A stretch of 64,000 nucleotides of DNA from Eledone cirrhosa (taxonomy: Eukaryota), in contig OZ024741.1 of NCBI GenBank assembly GCA_964016885.1, forward strand, positions 163,432,001 to 163,496,000, written 5' to 3'. Below, piece after piece: positions 14,792 through 27,541 of this stretch. Every line of letters starts with the position of its first letter. The first letter of the stretch is position 1. Made by a program: the position numbers and the translations under genes. The notes under the pieces were generated by a model. The model was not told the DNA's origin. It worked only from the letters and a program-made list of their open reading frames with translations, and searched no databases.

Positions 14792-15355
14792 GCGAGAGAG
14801 AGTGAAGGATAGAGAAGGGGAGAGTGACAGAGAGAAGAGAGATTAAGTAAAATCGAAATCAGTGTTGCAGCGTATGTACAAATGTTATTGGCATATTACA
14901 ATTGTAATATGACAGAGCACACGACTTTATTATTTGCTGTGCGAAGAAATGTCATTAGGGAGACAAAATTGTGCAGATGGGAGCCTCATCCACTCATATG
15001 CATATATGCCTTTTGGCCGACTTGTTAGGTGTGCCACTCACTGTAAAGCTAACTTCTCTCTAACTCAATGCGATTTTGGTCATTGAATATTATTTGAAAT
15101 TCCTTCAATATTCGCGTCATAAGGCAGTGATTATTTCATTAAAATACAAATATATATATATATACATATACATATATATATATATATATTAGAAAATATA
15201 AGCTTTTCACCGTATTTTTGACTAAAGAAATTTTTAGCCTGATAGTGGGGTTTATATTTTCTAATTTCAAACTCGCTCACTGTTTCAAAACATACATACT
15301 TGTCATTTACTTGCTAAGAATGTAGCTTCTAATTTGAATGGAATGAGATGGGTGA

Positions 15356-15424
15356 TATGTTGGTGTAATGGTAGCACAGTGGTCTGGATAACCAAAGATG
15401 TGGGTTCGACTCCCATGTATGTCA
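15356..15424 (+). pseudogene. tRNA-like sequence (tRNA pseudogene or SINE head) inside a fold-back repeat
   Basis: A box TGGTGTAATGGTAGCAC and B box GGTTCGACTCCC at tRNA spacing; the acceptor stem is imperfect. Confidence 0.45.
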
Positions 15425-15554
15425 ATACTCATCTTTTTCCATTTCTCTGAGGGTTCTAAACCCCACTATCAGGCTAAAAGTTTCTTTAGTCAAAAATACG
15501 GTGAAAAGCTTATATTTTCTAATTTCAAACTCCCTCACTGTTTCAAAACATACC

Positions 15555-15588
<34 letters not shown>

Positions 15589-16559
15589 CATGTGTGTGTA
15601 TTCAGAGTACATGAGAGCCACACATAATGTACCAGACCCGTGCTCTATGTCAATAATATATATGAATCTCATGTACTTATTTAATAATGTATAGCATTTC
15701 TTTACGAATAGATATACTTGAGCTAATGTAAAAAACCCTTATTTCATTTTTCTGTTATGACAATTATCTCATTTAACCATTGTATTAGAAGATAACCTTT
15801 TCTTAGAAAATATCTCTCATCGTGTAAATGGTAAATAAAAAGATCATCTATGATTTCGAATTAGCAAATGTTTAAATAACAGTGTCTTACAATAAAAGCA
15901 TTTGTTAAATGTGTTATAACAAGAAATATAAATAAAACGTTAGAAGACCAGTATAATGAATGGGAAATTTGCGTGCAAGGGACAAATAAGCAAATAATGT
16001 GATGAAAGCTGCCACAATTTCTTCTTAAATTATTAATACAAAGACTTAAACAAATCGTGTCTTGGCTTGATAAATCAATTTTCTGGTTATAGAACTTTGT
16101 TAAAAGAAGACAACTGAATAATTAAACGATGCTTGGTCATCAAATATTGTAAAGTAGCATGTCAATTAGGATATGACATTTACTTTTAACTAGCTCACTG
16201 ATAAGAAACAATTACAAACTTGATATGGAGGACATATTCAACGACGATTCTATACATTATAACATAAGTATGCATTATGAAAAACACATTTACTGCGGTG
16301 ATGTTATATATGTTACGTGCTATTCTTTCATTTTATATTCATCTCCATATTATTGCCAATTTCTTCCTGGATGATACATTCATGACAACAATTAACGTTA
16401 ATAATTTCACATTCGATTTCAGATAAGTTTAGCCACCTAATAAATAAAGTAAACAGATGATCTTTTGTATTAACTAAACCTTTTCTCATCATTAAGACTT
16501 CTATATCTATTAAAAACTTCTCTCAAAACTTACTATCATGAAGACATTATTGATCGGTT

Positions 16560-16752
16560 AGGGGCGGTGGATTGGCAGTATCGGTAGAGGGACGGACGCC
16601 ATGCTTTCCAGCATAGTTACGTCCCTTTACGATCTGAGTTCAAATCCCGCCGAGGTTGACTTTGCCTTTCATCCTTATGGGGTCGATAAAATAAAGTACC
16701 AGTAATGCACTGGGTAATTGCTGGCCTTGTGCCTAAAGTAGAAACAATTATT
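16560..16752 (+). mobile_element. tRNA-derived SINE family A, full length
   Basis: A box TGGCAGTATCGG, B box GAGTTCAAATCC, conserved centre TTGCCTTTCATCCT..GGGTCGATAAAATAAAGTACCAG, tail GTAGAAACAATTATT. Confidence 0.85.
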
Positions 16753-16965
16753 GATCGGTTAGTAGGTTTATCGATTAAACAGAATATAAAGGCAGTTGAA
16801 GTGACGTCTTAATCAGACTATACAAATATGTAATTCTCAGTTTAAAAATACAAATATATGTGTATATATATAGTCGACCAACTTTCGTCAAATCGGACGG
16901 AAGAAACTATGTTTCCATTGGTCTTTCCAATTGCTAATACTATCTATCGGTCGCAACCCCAAGTA

Positions 16966-17086
16966 GGAGTAACGTGAAATAAAGTGTCTTGCACAAGGAT
17001 ATAACGCATCGCCTGGTCCAGGAATCGAACTCACAACCTCACGATTGTAAATTCAATTCTCTAACCACTCAGCCACGCGCGTTCAC
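16966..17086 (-). mobile_element. SINE family B, 5' part
   Basis: Aligns with 6870-6993. Confidence 0.7.
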
Positions 17087-17329
17087 TACAAATATGTAAC
17101 CGTAAATTACCGATTAGACTATATTCTGTAAGAAATGTGTTTTTTTATCTTCGTTCAATAATCTATTGAGTCAGCAAAGTCACAGGAATGCTGTCTTATA
17201 TGAAGTCCGTCTCTATCTCCGAAACAAATGAGTAAACATCACTTAAAGCAAGCATGGCCATATAATTAAAACTGCTGATTGCAACTACATAGCTTGGACT
17301 TTCGTCACATATTATTTCGGGCAAAAATA

Positions 17330-17522
17330 GGGCGGTGGATCGGCAGTATCGGTAGATGTCGGACGCCATGCTTTGCAGCAAATAATTACTGCCCTTTATA
17401 GTCTGAGTTCAAATCCCGCCGAGGTTAACTTTGCCTTTCATCCTTACGGAGTCGATAAAATAAAGTACCAGTAATTCATTGATATAATTGCTGGCCTTGT
17501 GCCAAAAGTAGAAACAATTATT
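17330..17522 (+). mobile_element. tRNA-derived SINE family A, full length
   Basis: Colinear with 16560-16752. Confidence 0.85.
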
Positions 17523-18358
17523 TCGGGAAAAGCTGTATTCAGTAATCCTGGATAGACCAAGACGTGTGAATTAAAATTGATCGACGGAAACTAAGTTATA
17601 TGTTACATTTCATAAATCTTGTCTGTCTTAGATCTGACAAGTATGGAAGGGAAGAAAACAACAAGCTCTTAAATGTATTTTATTTTATTGTTGTTTTTAG
17701 TATTATCTCGGAAAGAGAAAAGCAATGCAGACGAATCTAATAGAATCTAACAAAATGGTGCGAAATGGAAGAAAACCTGGCTAGAATATTTGCTACAGAA
17801 TGGGTTCCACTAAAGAAACACAAGGATCAGGTGAGGGTGTTAAAGTGAGCAACAGATTAAGCGTACCTCCCACTCTATAATGGCAATTATGTTCCGTCTT
17901 CAGTATTTTACGTTCTTTTATGGAGATATTTTGACATTCAATATATTTGTAGAAAGATGAAATCTCTTTCTATAGTATATTTTTGTAGTTCAATATTGAT
18001 GAGGATTTGGTTAATTTGATACTTACTGTTAGGGTTATTCGAAACTAAATGATTTACATTGTATATTATATTAATTCGATTATTGGATTGCTTACCAAGA
18101 TCAGACAGATCCATTAGCCTGATATGTTATATGCCTGAAACTAATGTTGAAGCCTGAAAGTATATATCTTTTATTGTCATAAAAGATTATGAAAATCCCG
18201 AAACTCGACCAAAGCCTAATCAACACAAATGTTACGAAAACTAATACCATCGCATTCTCTACAAAACTTGGCCGTTAAAAAATAAATATTACCGACACAG
18301 CAATCATGTTCTACAAGCGCCCAATGCCTTAATTTAATCAGCTGTATGCCCACACACG

Positions 18359-18396
<38 letters not shown>

Positions 18397-18474
18397 CATA
18401 CATGTATATATATATATGTATGCATATATATGTGTATATGCATATGTATATATATATATATATGTATATTTATA

Positions 18475-18510
<36 letters not shown>

Positions 18511-18534
18511 CATATATGTATATGTATGTATGTG

Positions 18535-18568
<34 letters not shown>

Positions 18569-18654
18569 TATATATATATATGCATACACACACACGCGCG
18601 CGCGCGCACACACGCACACACACGCACGCACACACACACACACACACGCGCACG

Positions 18655-18696
<42 letters not shown>

Positions 18697-19647
18697 ATTA
18701 TATTATATTTACATTATACTTGCCAAAGGTTATATTATATATGTATGTAAAACATTTCTTTCTATTTGTACTTCCGTGATCATGTATGGATGATAGGTAG
18801 GGAATAATCAATTAGAATTATATATTTCAATGAATACTTGATAGCACTACAGCAAATAGAGTTAAAGTTTTCTTTATTCTAGAATATTCTTATTGCCATG
18901 AGACTAGTGATTAATAGGCTCATTACTATGGGAAGTATTATTAAATTATACACTGAATTTCCCGAGACAAAAAATATCATATCTTATATCAACTACTGTT
19001 TTCCTTTCATATTTTTCAATTTATAATCATCCTTAAGTTTAATGAATTCTCCGGGAGATATGAAATACGATAGCGGTGAATAGTGTACCTATATTTATAT
19101 TTTCCTCATTATTTGTTTATGTCAACGAGGCTGTGTATTTCTTAACATTTAATCGAATTATGTTGTAAATTAGTGCCTGTGATATTGTTATTGTTGTCAT
19201 TCTCAAATATTTACTACATTGTGATTTAAGAATGAATCTTAGCTGATCAAGCGATCCTGCATCCGCTTCAGAGGTGCATTTTGGTCGATTCCCAGGACCA
19301 TACTAAAAATATATTGTGGTATTGAAAGTGAAATACTGAATGCAATACTTACCTTTGAAGCTCGTTCATATGTTGGTCAGTTATTGTTGTTTTCATTGGT
19401 GGTTTAACATTCCTCATAATTAAACCACCAATCAAAACAACATAAACTAACCAACATATGAACGCGAAACGTTAGACATTTATATACTTTATATATTCAT
19501 TCTGTCATTACTATAACAGAGGTCCGACGAGCTTTTGATTCCAGAGTCGGGACAGATCGATACAGATCGAAGCTTGGAGTGATCAATAGCGAAACGCGCG
19601 TCACCAAACGTAATTCGGGCTTAACAAATCGTTCTAGAATTATATAT

Positions 19648-19770
<123 letters not shown>

Positions 19771-19784
19771 AAGAAAAAGAAAAA

Positions 19785-20140
19785 GAGATGAAATCGAAAA
19801 TGCAACTGGAGTCTTATTTAAAAAAAATATATCTATATATTTATTTGGTTCCTTTACCGGTTTCGCAGTTCTTCTGCTTTTCAAAAGGTGAGTTGAGATG
19901 GAGGGTCTGTGGTTTTTCTCACAGATGTGAGAAAAACCACACAATTTCCATCTCAACTCACCTTTTGAAAAGCAGAAGAACTGCGAAACCGGTAAAGGAA
20001 CCAAATAAATATATAGATATATTTTTTTTAAATAAGACTCCAGTTGCATTTTCGATTTCATCTCTTTTTCTTTTTCTTTATACTTTCACTCGTGTAGGAC
20101 ACCGGTTATTTTTCATTTTGTAAAAAAAACCTCACTTTCT
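19785..20140. repeat. Fold-back Penelope-like remnant (family also at about 14030-14200 and 22225-22400) with decayed hammerhead
   Basis: Arms are inverted around about 19925. Motif at 19961-19998: CCTT-TTGAAAA-GCAG(AAGAA)CTGC-GAAA-CCGG-TA-AAGG. Confidence 0.7.
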
Positions 20141-20157
20141 AATATATATATATATAT

Positions 20158-20236
<79 letters not shown>

Positions 20237-20397
20237 AAAAGAGTCAGAACCCCGACGGCTGAGCTCCGGCGATTTCGACAACTAGATCCGAAACCTTCGG
20301 GCTCCTGACTCTTTTCTTATTATCCATTCTACTACTCTAAGTATTGAGTACTCTGGTGCGTTATGGCCCACCTGGTATCTTACCACACCCTCTTTGT

Positions 20398-20486
<89 letters not shown>

Positions 20487-20561
20487 TAAAATAACAGATT
20501 AAAGTTTCAGCAAAGAATCGCTGCTTTCACCCTTAACGGGATATATATATATATATATATA

Positions 20562-20756
20562 CAGTGTGCTTCAAAGAAATAGATATCATTGAGATGTAAA
20601 TATTCCAGAAACTACCGCTATATATGGTGAATTAGTGTTATAATGTTCACAAATTTTGAGGAATAAATTTATTTTGCAGAACATTAAGCCTGATCAGTCT
20701 CCTTGTCTATAGTTTACAAGATATTTACATCTCAAATGATACTTTGAAAGACGCTG
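20562..20756. mobile_element. Putative Tc1/mariner-type MITE
   Basis: Begins TA|CAGTGTGCTTCAAAG..ATCATTGAGATGTAAATAT and ends with an imperfect inverted copy, ATATTTACATCTCAAATGATACTTTGAAAGACGCTG. Confidence 0.5.
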
Positions 20757-21049
20757 TGTATTATGTTCGTGTGTTATATGTTATATACATGTGTGTTTGT
20801 GTGTGTATGTTCGCATGTAAGTATGTATAGTCGTTATATTTTCGGATAGAATCCATTCAAGTATTCGTTCCAACTCTCTGCTCTCTAAAAACGAATCCCG
20901 CCGACGTCGAATTGGCCTTTCATCCTTTCATTGTATTAATGTTTTCTCCAAAAATACAGCAATGATGTTTATATACTAAACATAGAAAGAGAAAAAGCTC
21001 CGTACTATTTTATGGCATCAACTATATTTTCATATTGAATAAATCAGTT

Positions 21050-21283
<234 letters not shown>

Positions 21284-21331
21284 CATGTATATATACATGT
21301 ATATATATACATATATGTATATACATATATG

Positions 21332-21426
<95 letters not shown>

Positions 21427-22158
21427 GTAGATAAATCTACCAAGAGTTTACGGTAGTGTCCAATCCGTATGAAGAACTCAATGTAATCCGGATATCATGG
21501 AAAGAAGAGATGCAATGAAAAATCACTTTCGGTGAAAGATAAACGGAATACAGAGTCAAGATAAAATATTTAAAAAATAATGAATAAAACAACGAAACAG
21601 TTCCTTATATTAAACTTTTTTTGTTTAATATAAGGAACTGTTTCATTGTTTTATTCATTATTTTTTTAATATTTTATATATATATATATATATATTTGAA
21701 GCTCTAGTTAAACTTTAATTAGTGCCTACCTAGCTGTGTGTGATTACACACTTTACAAATTATCCCCTGTGATTGTTTCATGTGTTTATTTTAAATATAT
21801 ATATATATATATGTCAATAAATTTCTAGTTGATATAAAATGCTCGGATCTATTCATTTGAATCTTTGAGCTTATTCTACAGTGGATATGGCGCATGTCTC
21901 GGACATGACTTCTTTAATTTATTTTAATAAAATTTATTTCGGATATATATATATATATATATGTAAATGAAATAAATATATATGTAAATGAAATAACAGG
22001 TATTCGCACCACCAACTACACAAACGAAGATGGGTGAACTGCACTGCATTGAGTACTCTTCACAATATTACACCAGGATTTACCATACGGAATGACCAGT
22101 TCTATCCAGTGGTGAACCAACAAACCTAAAAATATATATATATATGTATATATATATG

Positions 22159-22207
<49 letters not shown>

Positions 22208-22401
22208 GAGAAAAACGACAAAGCCTCCATCTCAATTCTACTTTTGTAAATAGAAGAACTGCGAAACCTGTAAATGAACCAAATAAATAGATATATTTTT
22301 TTTTAAAAGACTCCAGTTACATTTTCGATTTCATCTTTTTTCCTTATACTTTCACCCGTTTTTTTTTTTCATTTTGTAAAAAAACCTCACTTTCTAATAT
22401 A

Positions 22402-22435
<34 letters not shown>

Positions 22436-22631
22436 TTCCAGCTCTGCGCACCTAACCTCTGCATGAACCCAGCCACCTAGCTGCTTTTTACTGCATATTG
22501 CACATTGAGCACATGCCTTTATGCTTTGGCTTCTAACTAACTCACCAATCTTTCCTCTCATATCTCCTCTACTATCTCAATCTCTGTCTTTAAGATTGGT
22601 TACTCTTGAACTGTGTATATATTTATATATA

Positions 22632-22694
<63 letters not shown>

Positions 22695-23261
22695 GTTATT
22701 CCGGGTTGAATCGGAGGTAACCACTGTAAGTAAGGTACTCAATACATAGCAGAGTATAAAAGTTTTAATATAGATGAGATTCCCCAGGACTAGAACTGTT
22801 TCATTCTTTAGAAATCATCAGGAATCTGGCTTTCCAAATATAAATGTTGTATTTATAGCTCTTTTCAGGTGGTAGGAGAGGGTGGGGAGTGGAATGGGTA
22901 GAGGTCATTGGTTGATAGAAAGGGAATTCATTAAAATCTAATTCTTTAAAGCTTTAATTTATATTTAGAGTGACAAAGGCAGAAAGAATTCTATAAACAA
23001 GTTCTGAATGGAGTGCCACTGCTTATTTTTAAGTTTCTCTTAAGCTAACAAGCCTATATTTCAGGTGTCTATAAGATCGTTAGGGTGTCGGTCATGGTTG
23101 ATGGATTTAAAACCTAATTCTTTAAAGTTCTACTTAGAGTGACAAAGGCCATGAGAATTCTATAAAAGAGTCCAACATATTGGGTGCCTATCATCTCATT
23201 ATCTTGAAATTTCTCTTAAGCTATATTCCAGGTGTCTACAGACACATTCACCTACACACAA

Positions 23262-23413
<152 letters not shown>

Positions 23414-23945
23414 GAAATACGTTCCTTCACGCACAAGGCGCCAAGGTACGCATGTATTGTCCAACCAGATGCCAGTGTGGTTCAATGGCGGGTTAATAAA
23501 TTAACGAGCCAGAATAAATATAAACAAGGTTTAGTAAGTAAAGGTAACTATAGTAGGTAAAGTCAATTTTTTAAAATTTATTTTGAAACTTTTTCATTAT
23601 TTACTAAACCTTGTTTATATTTGTTCTGGCTCGTTAATTTATTAACCCGCCATTGAACCACACTGGCATTTGGTTGGACAATACATGCGTACCTTGGCGC
23701 CTTGTGCGTGAAGGAACGTATTTCATATTACTACTACCTCCACTAACGTTGAGAACAAACTTGGTCATTCCGACTGCTGCTAGTAATAGCTGTGGCTAGT
23801 TTGACCTACCTCCTTTTGCCTCTATCTTTGCTACGGCCCTTGATAAACCTGTTCTACATCATCCACTCTCATCCCAGGAACAGTTTTTGATAGCGCTAGT
23901 TTGTGATTTAAATTCAGGAATTTTATATTCTTTGAATGAAAAGAA

Positions 23946-24027
23946 CCTTCTGACGAGAATCTTTCTTTGCAACGAAGGCCGTATGGTCTCCGTTTTATTT
24001 TTGGGATTCGAAACCGATCGGTAAAGG
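23946..24027 (+). ncRNA. Type I hammerhead ribozyme motif with extended stem II
   Basis: CCTT-CTGACGA-GAATC...GATTC-GAAA-CCGATCGG-TA-AAGG, with a palindromic stem III. Confidence 0.8.
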
Positions 24028-24098
24028 TAACTATAGTAGGTAAAGTCAATTTTTTAAAATTTATTTTGAAACTTTTTCATTATTTACTAAACCTTGTT

Positions 24099-24130
<32 letters not shown>

Positions 24131-24744
24131 CATATATATATATATATATACACACACATATACACACATATATACGCATATATACACACATATATATATA
24201 TATATACCATGCACAAAAACTTTGCAACTTTCAAACACCTTAAGCCAGTGTTAATGCCCGATGGGCAAACACGACTTCCCCCTTTTAGCCCCTCTACCTA
24301 CTTCCCACCCCACCCCTACCCCTCCACAACCTGAAACACGGCCACTATGGTTATGTGAGTACCTCTTACTTATCTGCATTTTCTGCTTGTAGAGCTGTTT
24401 TTATGGGCGTGAATGTTTTTATTATGCGTGAATGTGTAAGTATTTGTGTGTGAGCGTGAGAAGAAATGTCTATACGTAAATGTGGGGGATAGATGTTCTC
24501 TCGTGTTAGAACTGGTCTTTGCGTGTGTATGTGTGTGTGTGAGAGAAAATAAATGGACGTGTAAGCGTGTGTGTGTGTGTGTGCGTGTGTGCGTGCGTGT
24601 GCGTGTGCGTGTGTGTATGTGTGTGTGTGTGTGTGTGCGTGAGTGTGTGTGTGCGTGAGTGTGGGGGTGTAAGTATGGGGCTAGATGCTCTATCAAGTTA
24701 TAAATTGGGTGTTGAGTTCAAAACACAACCACGAATCATTAATA

Positions 24745-25344
24745 GACTGAACACTGGCGAGAACTTCAAGATAGTAAAGAATCATCTGTACTCTACCAAC
24801 ATGCTAAAATAGAACATAAGGGTAAATTAAAGAACATAGAAATAAAATAGAATCTACATCCTAAAAAGACGCAATGTTTAGACAAATCACAGAAGCAATA
24901 AACATAAATGAACTCCAACCAAATTAAATAGAAAGCATGAATGGAATAGCAACATCACAACTTACAATTAAGGACAAATTGAAAACACACACATAGAACA
25001 AACAACCAACCAGTAACATGTAAATAAACAAATAAATAAACAAATATAAACACACACAGTCACCCGGATGTAACACATGCGCAAACTAAGCACACAACAC
25101 ACACAAAAACTAGATGGTGTAGGCACAAAAACAAAGAAAAGAATACCCAGTCACTGAAGAGGTCACAGAATATGTGACGAAAGAACTTTGACAATATATG
25201 AACAATCGTCTGGTTGTGGAACCAACCAACCAACCGGAAATTTATAAATTCCTAAATTTATAAATTTAATTTATAATAAATTGAAGTGAAAACTACTGGT
25301 GCGTGTGTTTCTTATTAGCAACATGACCCTCCCAAAGTATAACA

Positions 25345-25345
<1 letters not shown>
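24745..25345 (+). mobile_element. Penelope-like element 3' fragment with hammerhead at 25150-25192
   Basis: Colinear with 62670-63300. Confidence 0.85.
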
Positions 25346-25440
<95 letters not shown>

Positions 25441-25948
25441 GCGTGTGTGTGTTTGTGCGTAGGTGAATGTGTCTGTAGACACCTGGAATATAGCTTAAGA
25501 GAAATTTGAAGATAATGATATGATAGGCACCCAATATTTTGGACTGGTTTATAGAATTCTCATGGCCTTTGTCACTCTAAGTAGAACTTTAAAGAATTAG
25601 GTTTTAAATCCATCAACCATGACCGACACCCTAACGATCTTATAGACACCTGAAATATAGGCATTGTTAGCTTAAGAGAAACTTAAAAATAAGCAGTGGC
25701 ACTCCATTCTGAACTTGTTTATAGAATTCTTTCTGCCTTTGTCACTCTAAATATAAATTAAAGCTTTAAAGAATTAGATTTTAATGAATTCCCTTTCTAT
25801 CAACCAATGACCTCTACCCATTCCACTCCCCACCCTCTCCTACCACCTGAAAAGAGCTATAAATGCAACATTTATATTTGGAAAGCCAGATTCCTGATGA
25901 TTTCTAAAGAATGAATCTCATCTATATTAAAACTATATATATATATAT

Positions 25949-25981
<33 letters not shown>

Positions 25982-26036
25982 AATCAAGAAAGAAGAGTGA
26001 CACGGTTTACTATACAATAAGGGTTTTAATCACATT

Positions 26037-26142
26037 GCTGACAATTGTTTCTCTGAACTGGTAGGTCTAGAGATCGCTACCCGCCTGTTTCTGCGTCAAT
26101 CGATCATCAATACATAGTTATAACCAGTCAATTCATCAGAGC
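26037..26142 (-). ncRNA. Type I hammerhead motif with long stem II insert
   Basis: Minus strand: GCT-CTGATGA-...-GAAA-CAATTG-TC-AGC, followed by AT-rich 3' sequence. Confidence 0.7.
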
Positions 26143-26480
26143 TTGCGAGAATGAGGGGAATACACAGGCATGGCTTCTATATATAATAGTGGCATTAAAT
26201 GAGAACAATAATAACAATACTAACAATGCTAGAAATAAATTAGTTGAAATAATCACATCAATCTAAGTAAGACATAAAGTATACTTATGACTTTAGCATG
26301 TAAAACGTGCTGATATGAGACAGATGTATGAAATTGACATGTAAAAGCTGTCATGGGGTGTATTATATATAGTGTAGAGATAAGCCGGGCTTTAAACAAT
26401 GTACCATTTCCTTTACCGTAGGTCTGGTGACCATAAGAATTATTTATTATCTGACAGATAAAATATCTGACAGATAAAAT

Positions 26481-26620
26481 AAGACCTCTCGGCCTTGCTA
26501 CCTTTCTTCCTTTTTTATTTTTAAAGAAGCGCATATGGCACTGCTTTGCAACCTGTCCGGTCGGGAGGGAGGTTAGTACAATCATTCTATCGGATAGTTT
26601 GATGTTACTAACCTCCCTCC
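26481..26620. repeat. Left inverted repeat with palindromic hairpin A
   Basis: GGAGGGAGGTTAGTACAATCA-TTCTATCGGATAGTT-TGATGTTACTAACCTCCCTCC, preceded by an arm complementary to 30107-30181. Confidence 0.85.
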
Positions 26621-26772
26621 GTCTGTCTGTTTGTCTGTCCGTATGTACGTCCGTCTGTCTGTCCTTTGGTCTCTCTGTCTGTCCGTTGGTCCGTCTATCT
26701 GTCCGTCTGTCCGTCCGTCCGTCTGTCTGTATGTCCGTCAGTCCGCTAGTCTGTATATCCGTCTGTCTGTCC
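26621..26772. repeat. Degenerate (GTCY)n tetranucleotide tract
   Basis: Seen directly in the sequence; tracts of this kind are typical of DINE-1/Helentron-associated elements. Confidence 0.8.
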
Positions 26773-26977
26773 TTTGCCTATCCGCTAAACGTCTAGTTGC
26801 ATTCCTCCACCTCCCTCTCTCCCACGATTCCGTTCGCGTCAAAGATGCAGTGCCACATTAGCGAAATCAGATAAGTGGGTCAGTAGGATATCATATTACA
26901 AAACATGTTCAGACTTGTTTATACAAGTTTAAACCAGTTACAGTTTGAATGAAATTAAGCAGAGTCAGCATGAATTT

Positions 26978-27020
26978 GATTGGCTAATAGAAATTTAGGC
27001 GGGAATAAGATATATAAATA
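26978..27020 (+). promoter_or_regulatory. Putative viral Pol II promoter
   Basis: Inverted CCAAT (GATTGGCT), a GC/E2F-like box TTTAGGCGGGAA and a TATA box TATATAAATA, about 90 nt upstream of ATG 27112. Confidence 0.6.
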
Positions 27021-27111
27021 CGATAGACAAAGAGACTTGTTACCACTCAGCACAGGCAGGAAGAAATGAAGAACGCTACTCCGTCGACTTAGAAGCAATA
27101 TACCAACAAAA

Positions 27112-27165
27112 ATGAACTACGAAGACTTAAAGCTGAGAGACGCACAAATGTTAAGCGAGTTAGAA
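27112..27165 (+). CDS. Putative NS1 leader exon (MNYEDLKLRDAQMLSELE)
   Basis: AAAAATG start context. A phase-0 consensus donor, GAA|GTAAGT at 27166, matches the frame after the acceptor TTACAG| at 28790. Confidence 0.5.
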
Positions 27166-27172
27166 GTAAGTT

Positions 27173-27541
27173 ATGCCTTTACATTTACCATTTTATAAAT
27201 ATTGTGGGCCTTTCACAGATAACTTGATGAAAAGCCGATTAATGAATTAGACGAATGTTGTCACGAACACGATTTACAATACGGGAATGAATCGATAGAT
27301 GATAGGGATGCAGATAGAGAATTAATAGAGTGCACCAAGAAAGTTGACGGAGTAGCTTCGTTTATAGTGAGACAGGCAATTAATAGTAAATTACTAATGT
27401 CACCTATATTATATTAAAAAAAAAAGAAAAATAGAACAGAATCAGTCTAAGAAGAATCAAGATAGTTGCGACGCAGACATAGAATACGACGAGGACTTTA
27501 AGACACAAGACAGTGGTATAGAATCATAACAAGATACAGAC
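27173..27541 (+). pseudogene. VP1-unique region with parvoviral phospholipase A2 domain (frameshifted)
   Basis: MPLHLPFYKYCGPFTDN, then a 1-nt shift at about 27222, then LDEKPINELDECCHEHDLQY..ADRELI. This gives the YxGP Ca-loop and the HDxxY catalytic motif. A second shift in the A-run at about 27416 and a TAA at 27527 separate it from the capsid ORF. Confidence 0.85.

Noticed and set aside
15356-15424. Functional tRNA gene
   Set aside because: The acceptor and anticodon stems are imperfect and it is embedded in a repeat, so I treated it as a pseudogene.
17766-17831. Possible host coding exon (MEENLARIFATEWVPLKKHKDQ followed by GTGAGG)
   Set aside because: It is short, has no recognisable homology and no identifiable partner exon, so it is compatible with chance.
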